Below are positions 1 through 10,929 of a stretch of DNA of 64,000 nt, piece by piece. The notes under the pieces were generated by a model. The model saw only the letters and a program-made list of their open reading frames with translations, did no database searches and was not told the DNA's origin. Positions within the stretch are counted from its first letter, which is position 1. Every line of letters begins with the position of its first letter. The stretch comes from an uncultured Chloroflexota bacterium (lineage in GTDB: Bacteria; Chloroflexota; Anaerolineae; Aggregatilineales; Phototrophicaceae). The position numbers were made by a program, and so were the translations under genes. The DNA lies in assembly GCA_937988705.1 (NCBI GenBank), contig CALKIA010000187.1:2716-66715 (forward strand), in the 5' to 3' direction.

Positions 1-1
1 C

Positions 2-457
2 CAGGCGCTGAACTGGACGGGACTGGCAATGGTTGAGTTCAAAGTGGGTGCGCAGCAGACCACATTAATGGAAATCAACGGACGCGTGTGGGGATCGCTG
101 CCTCTCGCCGTACATAGCGGCGTTGATTTTCCGCGCGGACTCGTTGAACTTTTGCTGGAAGGGACTGCATCTGGCCAGAGTGACGACCGCCCACCAGAGA
201 CGAGCTACCGGCTCGGAGTGCGGTCACGGAACTTACAGCTCGATATGGTGTGGATTGCCTCCGTGCTGTCGGGAAGGCGGCGCTATCCGTTTATCCGCCA
301 GCCAAACAGGCGCGAAGCGTTGTCCGCGCTGCTTGGCATCTTCAACCCGCGCAATCGCTTCGACATCTTATCCCTTGAAGACCCGATGCCCGGATTAGCC
401 GAGCTTCCAAGAATCGTTCGGAACATGAGCAGCAAGCGCAAGCGGCTGCACGCCTAG
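2..457 (+). CDS. ATP-grasp domain protein, C-terminal part (5' truncated by window edge)
   Basis: Frame is open from nt 2 (QALNWTGLAMVEFK). The MVEFK...LMEINGRVWGSL...GVDFP motifs are typical of carbamoyl-phosphate-synthase-like ATP-grasp proteins of polysaccharide loci. Confidence 0.75.
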   Translation, partial: QALNWTGLAMVEFKVGAQQTTLMEINGRVWGSLPLAVHSGVDFPRGLVELLLEGTASGQSDDRPPETSYRLGVRSRNLQLDMVWIASVLSGRRRYPFIRQPNRREALSALLGIFNPRNRFDILSLEDPMPGLAELPRIVRNMSSKRKRLHA

Positions 458-465
458 GGGAAGAT

Positions 466-1446
466 TTGATGAACCGCATGCTCATGACTGCAGCGCGCAG
501 CCCCGCTTTGGCGGCGTTCGTCAGCCTGCTTGAACGGATTCGCCCCTCGGTCAGCACGCGCTTTCATGTGCTCACTTACCATCGGGTCGATGAAGTGGCC
601 GCGCACCCCGAGCGCAGTCCAGCGCTTTTGAGCGCCACCCCCGACGAGTTTGAGCAGCAAATGCGCTATCTATCAGCGTGCTGCCAGGTCATTTCGATCG
701 CTGATTTAATCCAGATACTGGAAGTAGGGCGGCCAATGCCGCCGCGCACCGTACTGATCACATTTGATGATGCTTATACCTGTTTTGACGAACACGCATT
801 TCCGATTTTGCAACGTTACGGGTTACCCGCGACGCTCTTTGTTCCCACAGCTTTCCCGGATCAGCCGGAGCGGACGTTCTGGTGGGATCAACTTTATTAC
901 GCCCTATCAACTACCCATCGCCAGCGTGTGCAGATGCCGGTTGGAGAGTTCGAGTTAGGTACACCTACCCAGCGCCGTCAGTCATTCAAAGCGCTGCGCG
1001 CGTATGTTAAGTCGCTGCCGCATGAGAGCGCGATGGAGTGGATAGACGATTTGGTTACAGCACTCGATGTTACGCCGCTGAATCAGGCGACCGTTCTTGG
1101 TTGGACACGCCTACGCGCATTGGCAGCCGACGGCGTGACCCTTTGCCCGCACACGCGTACTCACCCCTTACTCAACCGAATTTCAGCGGACGCCGCGTGC
1201 GCGGAGGCGGTCGGCTCGCTGCGCGATTTGGAGATGCAGATTGGTCCCACCCTACCTGTAATTGCCTATCCGAGCGGCGGGATCAGTGAGACGGTCACGC
1301 GGGCGCTCCAGCAAGAGGGGTTTGTGCTGGGCTTTACCACCCAACGTGGCAGTAATGATTTGCAAACGCTGGATCGCCTGCAATTACGGCGGATCAACAT
1401 CGGTCGTTCGACCTCACTCACAGTGCTGCGAGCGCAGTTGCTGTGA
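466..1446 (+). CDS. Polysaccharide deacetylase (CE4/NodB fold)
   Basis: LTYHRV, LITFDDAY, HTRTHP and IAYPSG motifs. Confidence 0.9.
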   Translation: MMNRMLMTAARSPALAAFVSLLERIRPSVSTRFHVLTYHRVDEVAAHPERSPALLSATPDEFEQQMRYLSACCQVISIADLIQILEVGRPMPPRTVLITFDDAYTCFDEHAFPILQRYGLPATLFVPTAFPDQPERTFWWDQLYYALSTTHRQRVQMPVGEFELGTPTQRRQSFKALRAYVKSLPHESAMEWIDDLVTALDVTPLNQATVLGWTRLRALAADGVTLCPHTRTHPLLNRISADAACAEAVGSLRDLEMQIGPTLPVIAYPSGGISETVTRALQQEGFVLGFTTQRGSNDLQTLDRLQLRRINIGRSTSLTVLRAQLL

Positions 1447-1524
1447 GCAGGGCGCAAGAATCACTTGCGTGTTTTGGAACACCCGCTGCGTTTTACTTTT
1501 AGAATGCAACTAGGAGTCGAAATT

Positions 1525-2634
1525 GTGTTGAAAGTACGCATAATGTTCAAATTTCTTTGTTTCGCGCTGCTTTTCGGCTTCTTGGTGAGTGCGGCACCGG
1601 TCGCACTTATGCAGGCAAGCGACCAGCCGTTCGCTGGTTACCACATTTACTTCTCAGAGAGTAATGAGGAAGCTAGTCCGTTTGATCGTTCCTCGAGTGG
1701 GGCGTCGCGGTTCGCTGGGTTTTTGGAGCAACTTGGTGCTGAAGTCCGCATTCTTGACTGGAGGAAAGATATCCCTGACGATGCTAATCTCGTCGTGATT
1801 TTGGGGCCGCAACGCGATCTATCGGCAGATCAAGTCGCACGCTTGTGGCATTATCTTATCAATGGGGGAGAACTGCTTTTGGCCCTCGATCCACTTGAGA
1901 TCACAAGCGATCAGGGCACACAGATCATCGATGCGACACGCGCTCTAGGGGCGACGCGCGGACTCTTCCAACTGCTGTGGGCAGATTTTGGCATCCGTGG
2001 TCGCGACGATTTGTTGATGCTCCAGCCTGACACAGGTACTGAAGCGGTCGAAGCCGATGTCGAGTTAGGTCTTGACCAGATGCTGAGCTTAGTGGCAGAT
2101 TTTACAACCACCAATCTGAATGGCGACGCCCCCCTCAATGAGGGAGTCGATTCCGCGCTGGCATTCTTCAGCACACGTTCGATCGAGTTCGATGCGACGA
2201 TCCAACCTTATGAAATAGTGCCGCTGGTATTCGCTGCTGAGGGTTACTACGGCGAAAGCGACTATGCCAGTTATCTGACCGATGGTCTCGCTGAGTATGA
2301 CGAGGTTGCTGACACCGAGGCCGAGTCCCTGGCGCTGGCCGTCGCCTTTATGAATCCGAGCTCAAGCGCCCGGATTATTCTTATTGGAGATCGAGACTTT
2401 GCCACCAATGGTGGGGGTTTCCAGTCATCGCCTGCGACCAGCACGAATTTTACTTATGTTTCAAACATCCAATTCCTCATCAACTCAGTCGCTTGGCTGA
2501 TGGATAGCGAAACTCCGGTCGCTATCCCCCTGATCCGATCAACGCCGGCGGCATTCGCGCCGGCGGATCTGGTAGACACGCGTTTGGGGAAGCAGCACAA
2601 CGGTAACAGCAATGGACTCGCTCGTGAGCGGTAG
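1525..2634 (+). CDS. Secreted GldG/ABC-auxiliary (GIFT-like) domain protein
   Basis: N-terminal signal peptide; IPDDANLVVILGP..DL, GGELLLALDP, RIILIGDRDF and N..FLINSVAWL motifs. Start placed at GTG 1525 after AGGAG (ATG 1543 also possible). Confidence 0.7.
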   Translation: MLKVRIMFKFLCFALLFGFLVSAAPVALMQASDQPFAGYHIYFSESNEEASPFDRSSSGASRFAGFLEQLGAEVRILDWRKDIPDDANLVVILGPQRDLSADQVARLWHYLINGGELLLALDPLEITSDQGTQIIDATRALGATRGLFQLLWADFGIRGRDDLLMLQPDTGTEAVEADVELGLDQMLSLVADFTTTNLNGDAPLNEGVDSALAFFSTRSIEFDATIQPYEIVPLVFAAEGYYGESDYASYLTDGLAEYDEVADTEAESLALAVAFMNPSSSARIILIGDRDFATNGGGFQSSPATSTNFTYVSNIQFLINSVAWLMDSETPVAIPLIRSTPAAFAPADLVDTRLGKQHNGNSNGLARER

Positions 2635-2652
2635 AGGAGTTGAACGGCGAAT

Positions 2653-4332
2653 ATGTTGATAAAACGCTATCTGCTGTTGACACTCGTAACTATTACCCTA
2701 TCAACAGCGCTCGTCATTCGCGCACAGGACGACCTCTTCATTGTCTTCATTGAAGGGCGTGATTTAGGGGCCGCTGAGACAACGGACATCGGCCCCGATG
2801 GCACGAGCCTGTTTGCGGCAATGCTGGTATCGCGCGGAGCACGGGTTGAGCGAATCACGCTGGATGAGGCGATTCCGACTGATGCCGATGCGGCTGTCCT
2901 GATTCGTCCCACTCGTCGGCTACAGGTGACGCATGTCGCTCGCCTGTGGACATTTCTTAGAAGTGGCCACCGGGTGCTCTTAGCGATCGATCCGGAGAAC
3001 TACCATTTGGACTCGATCAACGTTCGCCCCGGTTTAGGACGCAGTCGGTTGGCAACATTACTCGCGGAAGACTACGGTCTGCTCATACAAGAGTCCTTTC
3101 TGGCAGAGGATTATTTCTCGACCGACACCATTCAGAACCTGAGTACCAATTATTTGCTGGCCCAGGCCGAACCCAACGGTCATCCCATAATCGAAACGGT
3201 GCAGCGCTACAATCTGCCCTTGTGGATCTGGGGTTCACGACACTTGGATGTCGAGCCTATTGGAATTGGCAGCACAGCGATTCCACTACTCTATACGGAA
3301 AATGCGTTTGGGGAGACGGATAGTACCATTTTTGCTGATGCGCGCGATGCAACAGTCCTGCCGACACCGCTCGAATACAACCCTGCCGTGGATTATGCGG
3401 GAAGATTGACGATTGCTGCCCTTGGGGAGAGCACCACTAACCAATCCGCAGTTCTGTTTTTGAGCGATTCGGAATTGCTCCAAAACGGGTACGGTTTGAT
3501 GACCGATGGCAGTGTTCCGCGCTATCCGGGGAACTTCGTCTTTGCGCAAGGGGTGGCGGAATGGCTGCTTGGATTTCCAGCAGATGGGGGATTCGCTTTG
3601 CCCGAAGTCTTCACATGGATCTCAATCGATGGGAACGGGGCCGACTGGTCAGATCACCTCGCCCGCCAACCGGATGCTACCACGTCACTTCCGTCTGCCA
3701 GATACCGGATTGAGCAATACCGCATGTTCCGCGATGATCAGTACCTTTACGTGCGCATCGATACCAATGAGCCTCCGGATGCTGTCGCGAGGGTGTACTT
3801 ACGCTTTGATGTTGACAATGACGGTCTGAATGACGTTAGGATTACAGTTCACGCCGATGGATCGGCGGAGCGAACAGCAGGCGAAATCCGCAGCTTCTCG
3901 GACGCACGCTTCGCTGTTGGTGAAATTCTCGAACTGCGGATACCGCTGCGTGTGATTCCGAATCTGCAGCGCGTGCGCAGCATCTGCGCAGACTTCATAG
4001 TGGACACGTCTACAGAGGAGCAAACGCCCTGTATCCGAGGCGATTTGGTGATTCGACAAGCTGCGACCGTCGCGCTTCTCGATGCCAGATTGACTGATAA
4101 CATCCTTGTGACCGCCTTTAGTTTTGAACGGGCCAACCTGCGGCTCGAACCGGGGATCGAGTTTCCGCGCATTACGGCGACAAGGAACGGAACGGTGTTT
4201 GCCGCGATCGGGCGCGACGAGTCGGGTGAATGGATTCAGGTGCAGAACGCGCGCTTTGAAGGCTGGATCGCCCGGTTCTTGCTTGCTCCAAACGGAGACG
4301 TCATGCGTCTGCCCATAACTAGTCCGAATTAG
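2653..4332 (+). CDS. Secreted GldG/GIFT-like protein with C-terminal bacterial SH3-like domain
   Basis: Signal peptide ending AQD; IPTDADAAVLIRP, VLFLSDSELLQN and N..FAQGVAEWL motifs. C-terminal ANLRLEPG...IGRDESGEWIQV...GWIA is SH3b-like. Confidence 0.65.
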   Translation: MLIKRYLLLTLVTITLSTALVIRAQDDLFIVFIEGRDLGAAETTDIGPDGTSLFAAMLVSRGARVERITLDEAIPTDADAAVLIRPTRRLQVTHVARLWTFLRSGHRVLLAIDPENYHLDSINVRPGLGRSRLATLLAEDYGLLIQESFLAEDYFSTDTIQNLSTNYLLAQAEPNGHPIIETVQRYNLPLWIWGSRHLDVEPIGIGSTAIPLLYTENAFGETDSTIFADARDATVLPTPLEYNPAVDYAGRLTIAALGESTTNQSAVLFLSDSELLQNGYGLMTDGSVPRYPGNFVFAQGVAEWLLGFPADGGFALPEVFTWISIDGNGADWSDHLARQPDATTSLPSARYRIEQYRMFRDDQYLYVRIDTNEPPDAVARVYLRFDVDNDGLNDVRITVHADGSAERTAGEIRSFSDARFAVGEILELRIPLRVIPNLQRVRSICADFIVDTSTEEQTPCIRGDLVIRQAATVALLDARLTDNILVTAFSFERANLRLEPGIEFPRITATRNGTVFAAIGRDESGEWIQVQNARFEGWIARFLLAPNGDVMRLPITSPN

Positions 4333-4361
4333 CAGGGAGTTGACCAGATGAACGTTCACGA

Positions 4362-5504
4362 GTGCAAGCGATGAAAACATCTAGCGCCTTTCGGGGAGTG
4401 CTATGGCGCGCAATCGTAAGCGTCTTCCTCTGGGGAGGATCTGGAGCGCTGCTCGGGGCAGGCCAGTTAGCGCCGCGTACGCAATCGATCAGCGTTTCGG
4501 CTGATGTCGAGACTGTGCCTGTTCCCAATATGGGCGACGCTGCCGACGATCCAGCGATCTGGGTTCATCCGTCTGATTCTGCCTTGAGCATCATCCTAGG
4601 CACCGACAAGAAAGGCGGCTTGGCAGTCTACGACCTGTCTGGTCAGGAGCTGCAGTACGTTGCCGACGGACGCATGAATAACGTCGATTTGCGCTACAAC
4701 TTTCCACTCGGCGATCAACGTGCAGCGTTGGTTGCTGTAAGCGAACGTTCGGATGATGTACTGTTGTTCTACACGATCGATTCATCGACGCGCAGCCTGA
4801 TCCATGTGACGAGCCACCCCATTGAAATCGGTATTGGCGAGGCCTACGGGTTATGTATGTACTACAGCGTGCGTACAGGTCAGTACTATGTGTTTGTCAA
4901 CGACGAAGACGGACTTGTTGAGCAGTGGCGTTTGTTTGACGATGGCAACGGACGTGTCGATGCTGAGTTGGTGCGCAGCTTGGCGGTCGGATCGCAAACT
5001 GAAGGCTGCGTCGTTGATGATGAACGTGGCCGCTTATACATTGCTGAGGAGAATGTTGGAATCTGGAAATACGACGCGGAACCAGATGCTGGAGAAACAC
5101 GAGTACTTGTGGATTCTGTGGATGGCGGGCGGCTTGTCGCCGACGTGGAGGGGCTAACGATATATTATGGCATGGGCGGAAGTGGCTACATGATTGCATC
5201 GAGCCAGGGAAGCGATAGCTTTGTGGTCTATCAACGGGACGGTGACAATGCCTATGTTGCCACTTTCGAGATCTCCGCTGGTGAGACCATCGACAATGTG
5301 ACCAACACGGACGGCATTGATGTCATTAATCTCGCTCTAGGCAATGATTTCCCCGCCGGTTTATTCGTGGCACAAGACAATAACGGCACTGAAGACGGAA
5401 GGCAGAACTTTAAACTGGTGTCGTGGGCGGTGATTGCTGAAGCAACGGGCCTCACAACCGATACACGCTGGGAGCCGGGGCAGGCACAAGTCATCGACGA
5501 CTAG
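4362..5504 (+). CDS. Beta-propeller phytase (3-phytase)
   Basis: DAADDPAIWVHP, GTDKKGGL, NNVDLR, QTEGCVVDDE, DVEGL, SSQG, TDGI and QNFK motifs; signal peptide. Confidence 0.93.
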   Translation: MQAMKTSSAFRGVLWRAIVSVFLWGGSGALLGAGQLAPRTQSISVSADVETVPVPNMGDAADDPAIWVHPSDSALSIILGTDKKGGLAVYDLSGQELQYVADGRMNNVDLRYNFPLGDQRAALVAVSERSDDVLLFYTIDSSTRSLIHVTSHPIEIGIGEAYGLCMYYSVRTGQYYVFVNDEDGLVEQWRLFDDGNGRVDAELVRSLAVGSQTEGCVVDDERGRLYIAEENVGIWKYDAEPDAGETRVLVDSVDGGRLVADVEGLTIYYGMGGSGYMIASSQGSDSFVVYQRDGDNAYVATFEISAGETIDNVTNTDGIDVINLALGNDFPAGLFVAQDNNGTEDGRQNFKLVSWAVIAEATGLTTDTRWEPGQAQVIDD

Positions 5505-5552
5505 TTCTATACCCGAAGCGCCTGCCTGATGCCTGCGTTTATGACGAGATTT

Positions 5553-6833
5553 TCATTCAATCGGCACGACGTTATAATAATACGCAGCAGTTGTGCGGTC
5601 GCTGGCGAGAATGACAATTCCCGTTTCGTTGTTAACACCCTGCTTGGTCGAAGTCACGTCATTGAGTCGAGTGGCGTTCGGGTAACGGAGGATCGGCGTC
5701 CCCAAACCCTCGGAAAAGGCAATTTCGTCAAGGGGTGTCGATTTGTAGTAGATACTACCCCCTGACTGCGGTGCGGTGGCGAACATGTAGAGGCGACGGT
5801 TCACGTTGTCTATCAAGATGACCGGGCGGGTATGACCGTCGTGTCTGTAACCGAAGACATGATGTGTCCATGTATCGGGCGCTTCGCGAACGTACAGCAT
5901 TAACAGCGGATCGTTTCCGCGGGCGGATGTTTTGCCGGCAGCATAGACAATGCCGTTTGTGTCAACGGCCAAATGTAGATGATTATCCGCTGCTCGGTAC
6001 CCTTCAATGATGATTTCCTCCTTCCACTGATCGTCGGGCGTACCGTCCACGTGAACGGCAAAATGCATCGAGTCGCGTTCGCGGTTGCTCCACGTTATCC
6101 CGATTTGTCCATTAAACGCAATGATAGCGGAAATGTCATTCAGCGCTGTGGATGCGCCGGAGGCGGGTAACGGGTAGGAATCAAGCCAAACCTGATCTTC
6201 TCCACTCGTTCGGCGAACCACCACCTGACCGTGAAACACATATGTGATCCACAACTGCCTGAGCGAGTCCTTTGCCAATGTGACCGCTTGCGCGCTTCCC
6301 GGCGTAACAACCACAGGATAGCCCGCATCGCGCGTATATTGTTTGGTTATCGGATCGTAGCTATAGCGATAGAAAAAGCCTCGTTCGTCAAGCGGAGTCG
6401 TCCGCGGAATGCTGGCCGGAACGTGCGAGATGACGTAGAGTTTTTGTGTGGTTTCATCCCACAAACAATCGGAATGAACTCGGTCACGTTCATCCAGCAC
6501 CGTGCCCGTATCTTCCCAGTGTTGCTCATCCCAATTCAGATGATAAATATGATGCGACTGATCGGCGGCATTAAACATGTCGGCCCACCAGGAGCCGTCA
6601 TTCCACCAGAGCGTGCTCTGAGATTTCCCCTCCGTTGGGGAACTGTAATCAGCGTTCGCAAAACTGAGACTGCGGTAACCGATAATTTGATTGTCGCTCT
6701 GCGACTGCACTGAAGGTAGCGCGATCGCAACGAACCAACTGATGAGCATCAGGACGCCGAGTACTGCTGACAGGATCCACTGCGCATGCGTACGAGTACT
6801 TAGGTGCTGGAGGCGCTTAAGCGATTGATTCAA
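5553..6833 (-). CDS. Secreted/membrane-anchored hypothetical protein, probable beta-propeller (BNR/sialidase-like)
   Basis: Long ORF with an N-terminal hydrophobic segment and Trp-rich beta repeats (PTEGKSQSTLWWNDGSWW, ADNHLHL). Start is uncertain (TTG 6833 after GAGG, or ATG 6893). The extension to 6992 lies inside the adjacent IS. Confidence 0.6.
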   Translation of the reverse strand: MNQSLKRLQHLSTRTHAQWILSAVLGVLMLISWFVAIALPSVQSQSDNQIIGYRSLSFANADYSSPTEGKSQSTLWWNDGSWWADMFNAADQSHHIYHLNWDEQHWEDTGTVLDERDRVHSDCLWDETTQKLYVISHVPASIPRTTPLDERGFFYRYSYDPITKQYTRDAGYPVVVTPGSAQAVTLAKDSLRQLWITYVFHGQVVVRRTSGEDQVWLDSYPLPASGASTALNDISAIIAFNGQIGITWSNRERDSMHFAVHVDGTPDDQWKEEIIIEGYRAADNHLHLAVDTNGIVYAAGKTSARGNDPLLMLYVREAPDTWTHHVFGYRHDGHTRPVILIDNVNRRLYMFATAPQSGGSIYYKSTPLDEIAFSEGLGTPILRYPNATRLNDVTSTKQGVNNETGIVILASDRTTAAYYYNVVPIE

Positions 6834-6895
6834 ACAGACCTCACAATTACATTGCCGCGGTGCGATGAGACACACCTCCAATCGTATCATCATTA

Positions 6896-7863
6896 GGTAC
6901 TGCTGAACTAGACCGTTGAGAATTCGCGCTTGACGTTCGCCGCGGTTGTCGTAGGATTCGGAGCCACAATCGGATTGTTCACGGAACCCCATCTGTGTCT
7001 GACCTCACCCAGCTCCTCAATGTGGTACTCTTGCTGGTGATCCTGTTCATGCAGCGTCGTGTGCTTCAGCGCTGGTTCCAAGAACTGCGTGGCACCTAGT
7101 AGCAACGTCCACGCCGCTGGAAACCCCAGTTGCCGCATGACTGCCTGCATTGTCAGAGCGGTGTGAAGCTGCACAAGCTGCGTTCCAAAGCCGACATTTG
7201 TCCATATGCCGAGCGGAAAAACCGCCGTGGACGTAATAAAAGGGCCTCTATACGCGGATATGCATGCCCCAATCCGCACTGCGACTACTGTGGTGTGATC
7301 GACGACCACCTCCATGCCCTCGTCGGGTATGGTGCGCACAACGGGATTCAGCGGTTCAAGTGCCAAGCCTGCGCCAAAGTCTTCACCAGTCGCATCAACA
7401 CCCCGCTGAGCAAGGCGATCCCCTCCCTGCATGCCGGGGGACGCACCAAAGTGGATGCCTTCGCGCTCGTGCATGACGTCCAGCTCCGTCTCCTCATCCA
7501 GACGGCCTTCGTTGAGCGGATTAACCTCACCTTTCGTCAGTCGGTCGTGGCTCGCTTCCGTCGCACGTGGGCATATGCTCAGTTTGAGCGTCATTTGCTC
7601 CTGCATTGCGAATGGTTTCGCCTCTACTGCCAGTTCATCCGGGCGCACGAATCGCTGGCACTCGAAGTTCCCGGTCTGAAGCGCCGCTTTCGTTCGTGGT
7701 CTCCGGCGATGGCGCTTAAGCTCACCGACCATCTGTGGCCGGTTCACGACCTGCTGCACTACCCCGTGCCGCGGGTCGCTTGAAGTTTTGAAACAACAAA
7801 ACACCCAATTAAGAGCGAGGTGTTACAGCGAGATCTTGTGTTTTCCACCCCGTTGACAGTATT
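6896..7863 (+). mobile_element. Defective IS1-family element
   Basis: Left end GGTACTGCTGAAC resembles IS1 termini. The right end GTTGACAGTATT is degenerate. Contains a transposase pseudogene. No target duplication seen; ends are approximate. Confidence 0.6.
6995..7783 (+). pseudogene. IS1-family transposase pseudogene
   Basis: Zn-ribbon CPNPHC...CQAC and C-terminal TAFVERINLTFRQ...SPAMALKLTDHLW motifs. Two in-frame TAG stops at 7097-7102. The central DDE region appears deleted. Confidence 0.75.
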
Positions 7864-8201
7864 TGGGACTAGTGAATGCTTTTTGCCTCCACGACTGGAA
7901 CGCGAAAGCACGTTTTGAATTGTCGACGATTCCTATTTGCTGCGCCTAGGTCACCGGTAGGACCCACGGACAACGCCAGTAGTACCCGTGAACGGAAAGG
8001 CTCGCTTGACCGCAATCCGGGCAGGTACTCAAGACGAATCATACAGTTTAGTTCAGCAGTACCGTGTTTGCCCGTAGCGGTTGCTAATCCAGAAAGCATT
8101 TTGGATCGTGTCAGTCGTACATCCAAGAGCACACATCTGTCGTGCCGCCAAGGGTTGTGCACTGGTTACAATGGACAGAAACGAGACCAGAGTACAGATC
8201 C

Positions 8202-10835
8202 ATGTCTTTGCTGCGCACAAAAATTCAACTACCACCTCTGCGCGTTCAGCATGTTCAACGTGAACGAGTGCTGCGGCGTTTGGTGAACGCACCTCATCCA
8301 CAGACGCGTTTGATACTTGTTTCTGCTCCGGCGGGGTTTGGGAAGTCCTCCTGTTTAGTCGAGTGGGGGCACCAATTGCGCAAAAAAGGGGCGTTGGTGG
8401 CGTGGTATGCGCTGGATGAACACGACAATGATCCTGTGCGCTTTGGAACGTACCTCCTAGGTGCTTTTCAACAAGTGAGCAGCTTATTCCAAGCCTCTGA
8501 TTATCCCAAACAGATGGGGGTGCAAGAAACGATCTATCACATCCTCAATACCGTAGGCGACCTACAGTCACAGAGTATCTTAATTCTGGATGATTATCAC
8601 CTGATCACCGATCCGCAAATTCATGACGCTGTCGGCTTGATGACAGAATATCTCCCAGAGAACATGTGCCTCGCGCTTGGTACACGTGCCGATCCGCCCC
8701 TGCCGCTTGCGCGTCTGCGGACACAGGGTTTGATCACCGAAGTGCGCGTGGCCGATCTCAGATTCCAAAAAGAGGAGGTGGCCGATTGGCTGCAAGCCAT
8801 GCTCGGCTGGATTCCCTCGGAGCGGCTGCTCAAGCAGCTTGACGGGCTGACCGAAGGCTGGGCAGTCGCACTTGCTCTAATCCTGATGAACCAATCACTG
8901 ACCAATGAGCAGACGCTGGAAAATCAGCTCGTCCGCTATTCGCTTACGCAGCGGCACATTTTCGATTACTTTGCACAGGAAGTGTATGAGCGGCAGTCTG
9001 AACCATTCAAAGCGTTTCTGCTTGATACATGTGTCCTTGACGGGTTGAATCCCGAAGTGTGTACCGCGCTGACGGGCAGACCCGATGCGCCGCTCATACT
9101 AAACCAATTGGCGACGGGTAGTCTGTTCATTGTGCCGCTCTCCGAAACCGAACCGCTGTATCGCTATCACCATCTGTTTGAACAATTTCTGCGTCAGGGG
9201 CTGGAACTGACTGACCATGCGCGCTATCTCCACCAGCATTATCGGGCATCACAGTGGCACGAAGCGCATGACAACCTCGTCGAGGCAGTGCAGCACTGTC
9301 TGGCGGCGCAGAATTTCGATTCCGCCGCGCAGTTGATCGAAACACGAGTGTGGGAAACACTGACCTCGCGAGGCGAGATCACGACGATTTTAAACTGGCT
9401 AACACGCTTCACCGACGAGGTATTGAAGAGCCGTCCCCGTCTTTGCCTATATTTCTCACGCGCGCTCTATTTGAACGGTGATGTCAAAGGCTCCCGACAT
9501 TATCTTGAGCTTGCCGCACAGACGTTGAAGGATGCTGAAAGCGGCATCCCTAACCGTCAGGCGCTCCAGACCATCGCCTTCAACTATCAGGCGACGCTGG
9601 CAGCGTATCAGGGCGATATTGAAGCAGGGCGGCGCTGGATCGAGCAGGCGAACGCGCAGCAGCATACCGTTGACGCCCTGGATCGGGTGCGCATCGCCAA
9701 TACGTACGCATTTCTGCACTATCTGATCGGCAATGTTTCGGCAGCTCGCGGGGCTTATCAATCGGCATTGGAACAGGCGGAGCAGCTACAACACCATTAT
9801 TTGATGCTCGACGCGCATTACTATCTGGCGCAGACCGATCTGCTGGCGGGGAAACTCGACTTAGTTGAGGCACGCTGCCAGGGCATACTTACGCAGTATT
9901 ATCCTGCGAAGATGGGGCCACTCAGCGCACTGATGCTGCCGTTGGCGGCGGTATACTACCAACGCAACCGGATCATTGAGGCAGAAGCTACACTGCGCGA
10001 AGCAATTGCGCTCGCTCGGCGTAAGAACATCCCCGATTTACTGTGGTTCGCCCATCTGAACCTCGCAGAGATTCTGTTGGCACGGGGCGAATTTAACGAA
10101 GTCGAAGCGAGCATGGCGCAAGCGCAGAGCTACGCACGTGGCTTCCAGAGCCCGATAATATCATCGGTCATTGGTGCAGCGGGCGCGCACCTCGCCCTAC
10201 GTTTGAGTCAGCTCGAAGCAGGGGCGGAGTGGGCCGCCGCCTACCAGACAACGAAAGAGCGTGGGTTCCACCGAGACTACGAAGACCTGACACTGGCGCG
10301 AATTTGGCTGGCACAGGGAAAACTTGACCAAGCGTTAGCATTTCTGGAGCAGCTTATTGCCAGCGCCGACACGGGAGGGCGACTGGGCAGCGCGATCAGT
10401 GCGAAATTCCTGCAGGCACTGGCATATCAAGCGAAAGGTCAGATGAATGAAGCGCTGTCAGCGCTCGAACCTGTGCTTGTGCACGCCGAGCGCGAAGGTT
10501 TTGTCCGTCTGTTTCTGGATGCCGGACCGCCTGCACTCAAACTCTTGCGCCTCGCCGTCGATCGGCACATCGTCACTGACTATGCAGCTTATCTGCTAGA
10601 CGCAGCTGCTCAGAATGCAAGCGCACAGCACCCCTCTGATACGCTAACCGAGCGTGAAATTGACGTGCTGAAGTACATAGCAGCTGGTGCCAGCAACCAA
10701 GCGATTGCGGATGCGTTTGTCATTAGTTTGGGTACGGTCAAAAGCCATATCCACCACATCATGAACAAGCTCAACGCGCAAAACCGTACCGAAGCCGTCA
10801 GCAAAGCCCGGAGCTTGCATATCCTCGCGGATTAA
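8202..10835 (+). CDS. MalT-family ATP-dependent transcriptional regulator (AAA + TPR + LuxR HTH)
   Basis: LLRTKIQLPP start; Walker A APAGFGKS; LDDYHLI; TRADPPLPLARLR; C-terminal LTEREIDVL...SNQAIA...TVKSHIHHIMNKL. Confidence 0.93.
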   Translation: MSLLRTKIQLPPLRVQHVQRERVLRRLVNAPHPQTRLILVSAPAGFGKSSCLVEWGHQLRKKGALVAWYALDEHDNDPVRFGTYLLGAFQQVSSLFQASDYPKQMGVQETIYHILNTVGDLQSQSILILDDYHLITDPQIHDAVGLMTEYLPENMCLALGTRADPPLPLARLRTQGLITEVRVADLRFQKEEVADWLQAMLGWIPSERLLKQLDGLTEGWAVALALILMNQSLTNEQTLENQLVRYSLTQRHIFDYFAQEVYERQSEPFKAFLLDTCVLDGLNPEVCTALTGRPDAPLILNQLATGSLFIVPLSETEPLYRYHHLFEQFLRQGLELTDHARYLHQHYRASQWHEAHDNLVEAVQHCLAAQNFDSAAQLIETRVWETLTSRGEITTILNWLTRFTDEVLKSRPRLCLYFSRALYLNGDVKGSRHYLELAAQTLKDAESGIPNRQALQTIAFNYQATLAAYQGDIEAGRRWIEQANAQQHTVDALDRVRIANTYAFLHYLIGNVSAARGAYQSALEQAEQLQHHYLMLDAHYYLAQTDLLAGKLDLVEARCQGILTQYYPAKMGPLSALMLPLAAVYYQRNRIIEAEATLREAIALARRKNIPDLLWFAHLNLAEILLARGEFNEVEASMAQAQSYARGFQSPIISSVIGAAGAHLALRLSQLEAGAEWAAAYQTTKERGFHRDYEDLTLARIWLAQGKLDQALAFLEQLIASADTGGRLGSAISAKFLQALAYQAKGQMNEALSALEPVLVHAEREGFVRLFLDAGPPALKLLRLAVDRHIVTDYAAYLLDAAAQNASAQHPSDTLTEREIDVLKYIAAGASNQAIADAFVISLGTVKSHIHHIMNKLNAQNRTEAVSKARSLHILAD

Positions 10836-10843
10836 ACCCACAA

Positions 10844-10861
10844 ATCTAACTTCCGGTTGAT
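10844..10861. promoter_or_regulatory. Candidate operator for the MalT-like regulator
   Basis: Imperfect palindrome ATCTAAC-TTCCG-GTTGAT between the regulator stop and the next operon. Confidence 0.3.
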
Positions 10862-10929
10862 GACAGCCACAGGGGGTTTACGACTACTCTGAGGATAGTT
10901 CGATAAAGTTCAACCCGGAGGAAAACCTC

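Noticed and set aside
8202-10835. Calling this malT of a maltose regulon
   Set aside because: The family match is clear, but the downstream genes are not maltose genes.
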